A stretch of 64,000 nt of DNA from Mogibacterium sp. (GTDB lineage Bacteria > Bacillota > Clostridia > Peptostreptococcales > Anaerovoracaceae), in assembly GCA_017515425.1 (NCBI GenBank), contig JAFWFU010000031.1, positions 581 to 64,580 of the forward strand. Reading direction: 5' to 3'. The first letter of the stretch is position 1, and every line of letters begins with the position of its first letter. The position numbers were made by a program, and so were the translations under genes. A model generated the notes under the pieces. The model was not told the DNA's origin. It searched no databases and saw only the letters and a list, made by a program, of their open reading frames with translations. Below, in pieces: positions 18,824-26,756 of the stretch.

Positions 18824-20053
18824 ATGCAGGAAATAAAATGCCCAAACTGCGGCAAGACCTTCCAGGTAGATGAAGCCGGATATGCGCAGATTCTCCGTCA
18901 GGTAAGGGACGAAGAATTTAACAGGGAAAGGCAGCGTTTACAGGACGAATTTAAGAGCAGGAACGAAAAGGATTTAGCCATTGTCCGTATGCATCAGGAA
19001 AAATCCTACGAAGAGAAGCTATCTAAGAAGGAGTCTTTGATTTCGGAAAAGGAAGGCGAGATAGAAAGGCTAAAGGCTAAGCTTGAGGTCGCCGACACCG
19101 AAAAAAAGCTCGCCGTTTCGGAAGCCGTACAGGGCAAGGACAGGGAGCTCTCGGAACTCGGGAGCGAGCTGACAAAGCTCAGGAGCGATTTGGAGCTCCA
19201 GAAAAGGGAAAACAAGCTGAATGAGAACAATCTCATTGAACAGCATAAGGGCGAGTTAAAGCTGCGAGAGGAAGAAATTGAAAGACTAAAGGATTTCAAG
19301 GCGAGGCTTTCCACGAAAATGGTGGGAGAGAGCCTTGAACAGCATTGCATGAATCAGTTCAATCAAATCCGCATGACTGCTTTCCCGAATGCCAGCTTTG
19401 AAAAGGATAATGACGACAGGACGGGCAGCAAGGGAGACTTTATTTTCAGAGAATCCTCAGAGGGCACGGAGTTCATCTCTATCATGTTCGAGATGAAAAA
19501 CGAGATGGACGAGACAAAGACCAAGCATAAGAATGAAGATTTCTTCAAAGAGCTCGACAAGGACAGAAATGAGAAGAACTGCGAATATGCTGTCCTGGTT
19601 TCACTTTTGGAAAGCGATAATGAGTATTATAACAACGGCATAGTTGATGTATCCTACCGCTATCCTAAGATGTTCGTAGTTCGTCCGCAGTTCTTCATTC
19701 CGATTATTTCTCTTTTGCGAAATGCCGCGCTCGGCTCCCTGGAATACAAACAGAAGCTCGCAATAGTGCAGAATCAGGAGGTGGAGCTCAGCAACTTCGA
19801 GTCGGAGCTTGCGCTCTTTAAGAGCGAGTTTGCCAGAAACTTCGGACTTGCAACGGACAGATACCAGGACGCTATCGAAGGAATTGATAAAGCCATAAAA
19901 AATCTGGAAGCTATCAAGAAAAATCTGGAAACTTCTCAAAAACACTTAACGACTACGAACAAAAAGGTTGATGATGTCAGTATTAAGAGGCTGACGAAAA
20001 ATGCACCGAGCGTGAGGGCTATGTTTGAGGAAATAAGAAAAGATAGTGACTGA
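18824..20053 (+). CDS. DUF2130-like protein with an N-terminal zinc ribbon, a coiled coil and a putative PD-(D/E)xK-type C-terminal domain
   Basis: MQEIKCPNCGKTFQVDEAGY start with a good ribosome-binding site (AAGAGGTGGA), long heptad-like E/K/L-rich region, then GDFIF…ISIMFEMKNE. Confidence 0.6.
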   Translation: MQEIKCPNCGKTFQVDEAGYAQILRQVRDEEFNRERQRLQDEFKSRNEKDLAIVRMHQEKSYEEKLSKKESLISEKEGEIERLKAKLEVADTEKKLAVSEAVQGKDRELSELGSELTKLRSDLELQKRENKLNENNLIEQHKGELKLREEEIERLKDFKARLSTKMVGESLEQHCMNQFNQIRMTAFPNASFEKDNDDRTGSKGDFIFRESSEGTEFISIMFEMKNEMDETKTKHKNEDFFKELDKDRNEKNCEYAVLVSLLESDNEYYNNGIVDVSYRYPKMFVVRPQFFIPIISLLRNAALGSLEYKQKLAIVQNQEVELSNFESELALFKSEFARNFGLATDRYQDAIEGIDKAIKNLEAIKKNLETSQKHLTTTNKKVDDVSIKRLTKNAPSVRAMFEEIRKDSD

Positions 20054-20161
20054 TTCTTTGTACTCATACTCTCATATTTGTGTTAATATAGAGGCGCAGA
20101 AAAATAATATATAAATTCCCGACTCTTGAATAGAATCAGAGGGGGAGAAGGAGATAGAAGA

Positions 20162-21346
20162 ATGAAAAAAACAATCAAAGACATTAAATGGGAAGGCAAA
20201 ACCGCCGTGATGAGGTGCGACTTCAATGTGCCCCTTGACGGAGATAGGATTACGGACGATATTCGCATTCAGTCGGCGCTTCCAAGCATTGAATACCTCT
20301 TGGAGAACGGAGCTGCGATAGTTCTGATGTCACATCTCGGACGTCCAAAGGGCGAGGCCAAGCCTGAATTCAGCATGGCTCCCGTGGCTAAGAGGCTCAC
20401 GGAATGCCTCGGACAAGATGTAAGGCTCGTCGCCTCGGATATAGTGGTTGACGAGGGGGTAAAAGAGGCTGCAAAGGCTCTTAAAGCCGGAGAGGTAATC
20501 CTGATAGAGAACGTAAGATATAGAGCCGAGGAAGAGAAAAATGACCCTTCATTCGCGAAGGAGCTCGCAAGTCTCGGTGATGTATTCGTCCAGGACGCTT
20601 TCGGTACGGCGCATAGGGCTCATGCCTCCACGACGGGCATTGCAGATTATATCCCCGCGGTATCGGGATTTCTGATTGAGAAGGAACTGCAATTCCTCGG
20701 AGAAGCGGTAAACAATCCCAAGAGACCTTTTGCAGCTATCATGGGCGGAGCGAAGGTTAAGGATAAGATTCCTGTAATTACTAATCTGCTCGACAAGGTG
20801 GATATTCTGATAGTAGGCGGCGGAATGTCCTATACATTCTTTAAATCTCAGGGCAATTCAATAGGCACCTCGCTCTTAGACGAGGAAGGGCTGGAGCTCG
20901 CAGGCGATATACTAAGACTTGCCGAGGAAAAGGGCGTGAAGTTCATGCTGCCCGTTGATGTAGTGGCTGCTGATGAATTTTCAAATGATTCGCCGCATGA
21001 TGTATATGCGATAGATGAGATACCCGATAATAGAATGGGACTCGATATAGGGCCTGAGACTGTCATAGCTTTCAAAGAGGCTCTCGAATCCGCTAAAACC
21101 GTAGTATGGAACGGTCCTATGGGAGTTTTCGAAATGGATAGATTTGCCGAGGGCACTAAGGCGATAGCCGAATGCCTCGCGGAAATCGACGCCACGACGG
21201 TAATCGGCGGCGGTGACAGTGCCGCAGCGGTTGCAAAATTCGGTCTGGCTGATAAGATGACGCATATCAGTACGGGCGGAGGTGCGAGCCTTGAATTCCT
21301 GGAGGGAAAAGAACTGCCCGGAATTGCGATTATTGAGGATAAATAA
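20162..21346 (+). CDS. pgk: Phosphoglycerate kinase
   Basis: VMRCDFNVPLD, SHLGRPKG and GGGDSAAAV motifs. Start placed at MKKTIKDI (20162). Confidence 0.95.
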   Translation: MKKTIKDIKWEGKTAVMRCDFNVPLDGDRITDDIRIQSALPSIEYLLENGAAIVLMSHLGRPKGEAKPEFSMAPVAKRLTECLGQDVRLVASDIVVDEGVKEAAKALKAGEVILIENVRYRAEEEKNDPSFAKELASLGDVFVQDAFGTAHRAHASTTGIADYIPAVSGFLIEKELQFLGEAVNNPKRPFAAIMGGAKVKDKIPVITNLLDKVDILIVGGGMSYTFFKSQGNSIGTSLLDEEGLELAGDILRLAEEKGVKFMLPVDVVAADEFSNDSPHDVYAIDEIPDNRMGLDIGPETVIAFKEALESAKTVVWNGPMGVFEMDRFAEGTKAIAECLAEIDATTVIGGGDSAAAVAKFGLADKMTHISTGGGASLEFLEGKELPGIAIIEDK

Positions 21347-21389
21347 AGACTGATGATTGAATATATTTTTAATTAAATAATGAATCTTT

Positions 21390-21445
21390 AATCAAATATA
21401 GTTTTTAAATCAAATATAGATTTTTAATAAAAATAGATGTTTTAA
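21390..21445. repeat. AT-rich ~18-bp tandem repeat (about 3 copies) between pgk and tpiA
   Basis: AATCAAATATAGTTTTTA, then AATCAAATATAGATTTTTA, then a degenerate ATAAAAATAGATGTTTTAA. Confidence 0.6.
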
Positions 21446-21458
21446 CAAGGAGGCTAAG

Positions 21459-22220
21459 ATGAAAAGATTTTTAATAGCAGGTAATTGGAAGATGAATAAG
21501 ACGGCGGCAGAGGCTGAGTCTTTTATAAATAAGCTCAAGGAAAAGAAGATTTCAAACGAAGAAGAGGTGGCGGTTCTCGTGCCCTTTACGGATTTATATT
21601 CGGTCAAATCCGCACTTTCGGGCTGCGGCATAAAATTCGGTGCTCAGAATGTTCATTTTGAGGCGTCGGGTGCATTTACGGGCGAGGTTTCCGTTCCAAT
21701 GCTCAGCGAAATCGGAGTTGACTACTGCGTAATCGGTCACTCCGAGAGAAGAGAATATTTTAACGAGACTGATGAGACGGTCAATAAAAAGCTGAAAGTG
21801 CTGCTAGAGGCTGGAATTACTCCTATTCTCTGCGTCGGCGAATCCCTCGAAGTAAGAGAGCAGGGAGAGGAGCAGGCATTTGTAGGCGGACAGCTTGTGG
21901 CGGATTTTGCTGACATCGCGGCAGCGGACGCAGCTAAGATCGTAATCGCATACGAGCCTATATGGGCTATCGGAACGGGAAAGACCGCAACTCCTGAGCA
22001 GGCTGAGGAAATGTGTGCATTCATCAGAGGCGTTATGGAAGGACTTTACGACGGAGTGGTGGCAGAGTCAATGCTAATCCTCTACGGCGGCAGCATGAAT
22101 GCAAAGAACGCCAAGGATCTCCTCGAAAAACCTGACATCAATGGCGGACTTATCGGAGGTGCAAGTCTGAAAGCGGACGATTTTGCGACGATAGCAGAAG
22201 CCGCAGCTTCGCTCAGCTAA
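21459..22220 (+). CDS. tpiA: Triosephosphate isomerase
   Basis: AGNWKMNK, IGHSERR and AYEPIWAIGTG motifs. Confidence 0.95.
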   Translation: MKRFLIAGNWKMNKTAAEAESFINKLKEKKISNEEEVAVLVPFTDLYSVKSALSGCGIKFGAQNVHFEASGAFTGEVSVPMLSEIGVDYCVIGHSERREYFNETDETVNKKLKVLLEAGITPILCVGESLEVREQGEEQAFVGGQLVADFADIAAADAAKIVIAYEPIWAIGTGKTATPEQAEEMCAFIRGVMEGLYDGVVAESMLILYGGSMNAKNAKDLLEKPDINGGLIGGASLKADDFATIAEAAASLS

Positions 22221-22284
22221 GTTTAATCGGATAATTCGGATAATACAGACAAGTCAAAATACTCAAAATACTGAGTTTTCCCGA

Positions 22285-22314
22285 TTGACAGGGAGAGCGG
22301 CAAAATGGTATATT
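22285..22314 (+). promoter_or_regulatory. Sigma-70-type promoter upstream of secG (TTGACA, 18-nt spacer, TGgTATATT)
   Basis: TTGACA at 22285-22290 and an extended -10 TGGTATATT at 22306-22314. Confidence 0.55.
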
Positions 22315-22382
22315 AAAGCGTTCGTTTTCAAGACAAATCGAACGCTTTGAGTTTATAATAAATTACGGTTTGGAGGGTAATT

Positions 22383-22619
22383 ATGCATACATTTCTTATG
22401 GTGGTACTGCTTATCGCAAGTCTCGTGCTGATTGCGAGCATTCTAATGCAGTCGGGTAATAGTGACGGACTTTCGGGTTCTATCGCAGGCGGAGCAGAGC
22501 AGCTTTTCGGAAAGAAGAAGAGCAGGGGATATGACGCTCTTCTATCGAAAATAACTACTACTTGCGCAATCGTTTATATCGTTGTTTCGCTGGTTATAGT
22601 AGCAGTCTTTAACAAATAA
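22383..22619 (+). CDS. secG: Preprotein translocase subunit SecG
   Basis: 78 aa, two transmembrane helices, typical LLQSGNSDGLSGSIAGG motif. Confidence 0.88.
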   Translation: MHTFLMVVLLIASLVLIASILMQSGNSDGLSGSIAGGAEQLFGKKKSRGYDALLSKITTTCAIVYIVVSLVIVAVFNK

Positions 22620-22655
22620 TAATGTAGGGCTTGAAGCTTTAAGGAGATTATCCAA

Positions 22656-24461
22656 ATGCTCAAGATTATTACCGTAGCCTGTGCATTATTCGGTATCTTA
22701 TGCGCTGTATCAATCGAATCATGGCTGAGGAGACATGGCGGCAACAAGGAGCTCGCCTCAGATGTCTATACAGCCACTATCGAAAAATACAGCGAATTTT
22801 GGATTGCGCTGATTGCACCAATATTTGCGGTATTGGCTGTGGTCGGAGCCTTTATCGGCTTCGGCATAGGCATAAAGCCATTTGCCGCCTATGCAGCCGG
22901 TGCGATAATAATATTTATATCCGTCTATATCGGAACGAGAAGTTTCACATCATCTGTGGTCTCATCTTCTTCGATAATATCCGACGGGGATATTAAAGGC
23001 GGAATGAAGGCCTCGTTCAGAGGCGGCATAGTGATCGGGCTGACGCTCGCTTCCCTCGGTGTAATAGCACTCAGCATTCTTTTTTTCATGGTTAAACAAA
23101 AGCAGCTCGTAAATATTGCTGCTGCCTTTGCCCTCGGCGCTTCCATTGTCGGAGTCGGGATAAGGCTCTCGGGTTCAATCCTGACCGCTGCACATAAACT
23201 CTCGAGAGAGAGAGAACAGGGCGTCGACTATGTAGGAGCCTATGCTTCAAACGGGGCTGAGTTCATACTGCTGATACTCGTTTCAGCCTGTTCGTCCGCA
23301 CTCCTCGCTAAAATGGGCGTGGAGTCATCCGGAGTCACATCAACATTTACCGTATCGAGTACGACCATGTATCCGATAATAGTTCTCGCCTGCGGTGTCG
23401 TTGCGTCTGTGATAGGCATATTGGTATATCGTCCGTTTACGGGCAAATTCGGTCATTTCGGAATCACGGCGGGAAGCATTACTGCGGGAGTGCTTTCATT
23501 TGGCGCCTCGCTTTATTTCAGCATTTCAATATTGGAATCGCCTGTGTATGCGTTCTGCGTGGTGATAGGCATAATCGCCCAGCTTCTGATAGGCGAGTTC
23601 TGCAAATTCTTTTCCATGGACGCTCAAATCTTCAAGAGAAATCTCCCGAAGACGAGTGATGAGGATATTGATATACCTATGATTCACGGGCTGTCGCTTG
23701 GAATGATAAGCTCATTGCTTCCGGGAATAGTGCTGATGTCCGCACTCTTTTTCTCTTATAAGATCGCGAACTACTATGGGATTGCGCTTGCCGCAATAGG
23801 CGCGAACTCATTAGCCGGAGTAAATCTAGCCGTAAGAAATTACGCAACTTCACTCTCCGCCTCAGCTTCATTTGCGAGGCAGAATGACAGTCTTGCCGAG
23901 GAGAATACGGCATATTACAATGTTTTAAACAGGATTTCCGCGAATGCCAAGGCGAGCGGAAGGGCATATGCAGCCGTGGCGGAGGCTTTTACGCTGACGG
24001 CTCTCCTCACCGCCTTCACATTCACGACAGGCAATAGCGACGTCGTTCTTTCCGACCCTATAGTCTTCGGCGGAATGTTTTTCGGAACCGTATTTACGCT
24101 CGTCCTGCTCGGGCTTTTGATTAGTTCTATCCTAAGGAGCACGAATTCAATGCTCGAATCCGGCATGGATAATCCTGATGAGTATAGGAATGTCACTTCC
24201 TTAAAGGGGCCTGTCATCATAGAGGCTCTTGTAATGGTAATGCCTCTCGTCATAGGCTTTGTTTTTGGTATCAACTGCGTCACGGGCTTTGTAGGTGCAG
24301 CAATTGTAACGGGAAGCGTCCTTGCCATGGCTTTTAATAATACGGGCAGATATTATGACAGGATTGCAACGGATGCGCTCGGCTCGATTATAATTCTTGC
24401 CACAGTCATTGCGCTCGCTGCTATCCCTGCCTTTATGAAGTTTGGAGGAGCTTTTTTCTGA
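22656..24461 (+). CDS. Polytopic membrane protein homologous to H+/Na+-translocating pyrophosphatases, with degenerate catalytic motifs
   Basis: Several blocks align by eye with the M-PPase family, for example KASFRGGIVIGLTLASLGV, GASIVGVGIRLSGSILTAAHKL, VDYVGAYASNGAEFI and NNTGRYYDRIA. See the corresponding finding. Confidence 0.65.
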   Translation: MLKIITVACALFGILCAVSIESWLRRHGGNKELASDVYTATIEKYSEFWIALIAPIFAVLAVVGAFIGFGIGIKPFAAYAAGAIIIFISVYIGTRSFTSSVVSSSSIISDGDIKGGMKASFRGGIVIGLTLASLGVIALSILFFMVKQKQLVNIAAAFALGASIVGVGIRLSGSILTAAHKLSREREQGVDYVGAYASNGAEFILLILVSACSSALLAKMGVESSGVTSTFTVSSTTMYPIIVLACGVVASVIGILVYRPFTGKFGHFGITAGSITAGVLSFGASLYFSISILESPVYAFCVVIGIIAQLLIGEFCKFFSMDAQIFKRNLPKTSDEDIDIPMIHGLSLGMISSLLPGIVLMSALFFSYKIANYYGIALAAIGANSLAGVNLAVRNYATSLSASASFARQNDSLAEENTAYYNVLNRISANAKASGRAYAAVAEAFTLTALLTAFTFTTGNSDVVLSDPIVFGGMFFGTVFTLVLLGLLISSILRSTNSMLESGMDNPDEYRNVTSLKGPVIIEALVMVMPLVIGFVFGINCVTGFVGAAIVTGSVLAMAFNNTGRYYDRIATDALGSIIILATVIALAAIPAFMKFGGAFF

Positions 24462-24497
24462 TACTTAAAAACGGAGCACATCGAAAACTGAGAAAGG

Positions 24498-24528
24498 ACG
24501 GTGGCTCTGTAATAGAACCGCCGTTTTA
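24498..24528 (+). terminator. Rho-independent terminator after the PPase-like gene
   Basis: Stem ACGGTGG (24498-24504) pairs with CCGCCGT (24518-24524) and is followed by TTTT. Confidence 0.6.
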
Positions 24529-24560
24529 TATAATATAGTCGAAAGATAATCGAAAAATAT

Positions 24561-25670
24561 ATGATGAAAAGCGAAAAATTCAAGGTATTTGTAATAAATC
24601 CGGGCTCGACATCCACCAAGGTGGCGTTGTTCGAGGACGATATAAAAATCTACGAAGAATCCGTAAGCCATGATGCGGATGTCCTCAATTCTTTTGATGA
24701 GGTAAACGATCAGCTCGATTACAGGCTTGATGTCATAAAGGCTCTGATAGAGCAGCATGGTCTCAATCTCGAAAATACGGATGCATTCGTGGGACGCGGC
24801 GGTGGCTGTCATCCCGTTCCATCAGGTACATTTGAGGTAAACGACCTGCTCCTCAGCGACATCAGAAACAATGTGGGAAGGACGATACATCCTTCCGTGC
24901 TGGGGGTTCAGCTCGCATATGAGATGCAGCAGAAATACGGCGGCAGGCTCTTCATGGTAGACCCAATCTGCGTGGACGAATATACAGATGTCGCCAGAGT
25001 TACGGGCGTAAAGGAGATAAAGAGGCGGGCTGAGTCCCATGCGCTTAATCTTCGAGGAACAGCCATGAAGCATTGCAAGCTCTACGGCATGGACTATAAG
25101 AAGTCGAGGCTCGTTGTGGCGCATATAGACGGCGGAATTACCATTGCGGCGCACGATAGAGGCAGGCAGATTGACTGCAATCAGGGTGCAGGCGGCGAGG
25201 GGCCTTTTACGGCTACAAGAACGGGCTCGCTTCCGCTCATGGAAGTTCTTGACTATTATGAGGGGCATAGCAGCGAGCGGTCCATAGCACAGATGAGACA
25301 TCTCTGCACGGGCACGGGCGGCTTCGTCTCGCATTTCGGCACATCAGACGCTGATGAGGTCTATGAGAGGGTTATGAGCGGTGATGAGGAAGCCAAACTC
25401 GTATGGGAAGCCCTCGGATACAATATAGTCAAATATATCGGTTCGATGGCTACTGTGTTAAAAGGAAGGGTAGACGGTATATTGATAACCGGAAGATATA
25501 CACGATTTACCTACCTGCTCGACTATATAAAGGACTATACGGAATGGATTGCGCCGATTTATATATATGAGAACGAGGTCGAGCAGGAAGCGATGTGCGC
25601 GGGAGCTCTAAGAGTTCTGAGAGGTATAGAGGAAGCTAAGATTTATACAGGCAAAGGAATGACTCATTGA
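24561..25670 (+). CDS. buk: Butyrate kinase
   Basis: VINPGSTSTKVALFED N-terminus, ASKHA-fold motifs (HIDGGITIAAH) and ~360 aa length. Confidence 0.88.
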   Translation: MMKSEKFKVFVINPGSTSTKVALFEDDIKIYEESVSHDADVLNSFDEVNDQLDYRLDVIKALIEQHGLNLENTDAFVGRGGGCHPVPSGTFEVNDLLLSDIRNNVGRTIHPSVLGVQLAYEMQQKYGGRLFMVDPICVDEYTDVARVTGVKEIKRRAESHALNLRGTAMKHCKLYGMDYKKSRLVVAHIDGGITIAAHDRGRQIDCNQGAGGEGPFTATRTGSLPLMEVLDYYEGHSSERSIAQMRHLCTGTGGFVSHFGTSDADEVYERVMSGDEEAKLVWEALGYNIVKYIGSMATVLKGRVDGILITGRYTRFTYLLDYIKDYTEWIAPIYIYENEVEQEAMCAGALRVLRGIEEAKIYTGKGMTH

Positions 25671-25705
25671 TATGGGTCGCTTAGGACATATAAAGGAGGG
25701 AAGAG

Positions 25706-26743
25706 ATGTTAGACAAACTTAAAGACATCCAAAGCCAGGGCATTGAGAGCATAGCGTCGGCTGCTGATGTGGATGCGCTCGAGGCTGTCAGAAAGGAGCT
25801 TACGGGTAAAAGGAGTTCTTTACAGGAAGTGCTTAAAAGCCTGGGAAGCCTGGAGCCGGATATGAGAAAATCCGTGGGAATGAAGGCTAATGAGATTAAA
25901 AACCTCTTTAGCGAGAAGATACAGGAAAGAGAGAAGGAGCTCGTTGCCGTAGCTTCTGCGATTAAGGGTGAATTAGATCTGACCCTGCCGGGCACAGCGG
26001 TGACAGCCGGGGCGCTTCATCCGATCACGCAGATGTGCTACGACTTAAACGACGCTTTCAGATCACTCGGATTTGAAATATATAGCGAGGATGATATTTC
26101 AAGCGAAAAATTCGCCTTTGATAATCTAAACTTCGCCGCCGATCACCCAGCCAGAGCCTCTATGGACACCTATTGGCTGGAAGGAACAGAGGATAAGAGA
26201 GGAAACGAAAGGCTATGCCTTAGGCCCCATCTCACAGGCGGATCGGTCAGGTATCTTCTGGAGAAAGGCGCTCCTTGCAGATTTGTCTATCCGGGAAGAG
26301 TTTATAGAAATGAGACAACGGATGCCCGCCATGAGAGAGCCTTCTTCCAATACGAGGCGCTTATAGTCGACAGAGATGTATCGTTCAGTTCAGGTCGTGT
26401 AATGATAGAGACGATACTTGAGAAGGTATTCGGACGCAAGGTCAATGTCAGAATGAGAGAGGGCTTCTTCCCCTTTACTGAACCGGGATATGAGATAGAT
26501 ATGGAATGCCTGCTCTGCGGCGGAGAAGGCTGCAAGGCTTGCAACCAGGCGGGCTGGATTGAAGTAATGCCTGGCGGCGTCATTCATCCGAACGTCCTGA
26601 GAGCCGCAAATCTCGACCCTGATGAATGGACGGGTTTTTATACGAATATCGGACTCGACAGACTCGTAATGATGCGCTATGGGGTTGATGATGTAAGACT
26701 CTTCCACAGTGCGGATTTGAGATTTTTAGAGCAGTTCAAATAG
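25706..26743 (+). CDS. pheS: Phenylalanine--tRNA ligase alpha subunit
   Basis: HPITQ…, class II motifs (FRNE-like YRNETTDARH, GFFPFTEPG, GLDRLVMMRYG). Confidence 0.95.
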   Translation: MLDKLKDIQSQGIESIASAADVDALEAVRKELTGKRSSLQEVLKSLGSLEPDMRKSVGMKANEIKNLFSEKIQEREKELVAVASAIKGELDLTLPGTAVTAGALHPITQMCYDLNDAFRSLGFEIYSEDDISSEKFAFDNLNFAADHPARASMDTYWLEGTEDKRGNERLCLRPHLTGGSVRYLLEKGAPCRFVYPGRVYRNETTDARHERAFFQYEALIVDRDVSFSSGRVMIETILEKVFGRKVNVRMREGFFPFTEPGYEIDMECLLCGGEGCKACNQAGWIEVMPGGVIHPNVLRAANLDPDEWTGFYTNIGLDRLVMMRYGVDDVRLFHSADLRFLEQFK

Positions 26744-26756
26744 AAGGGAGGAAGCT

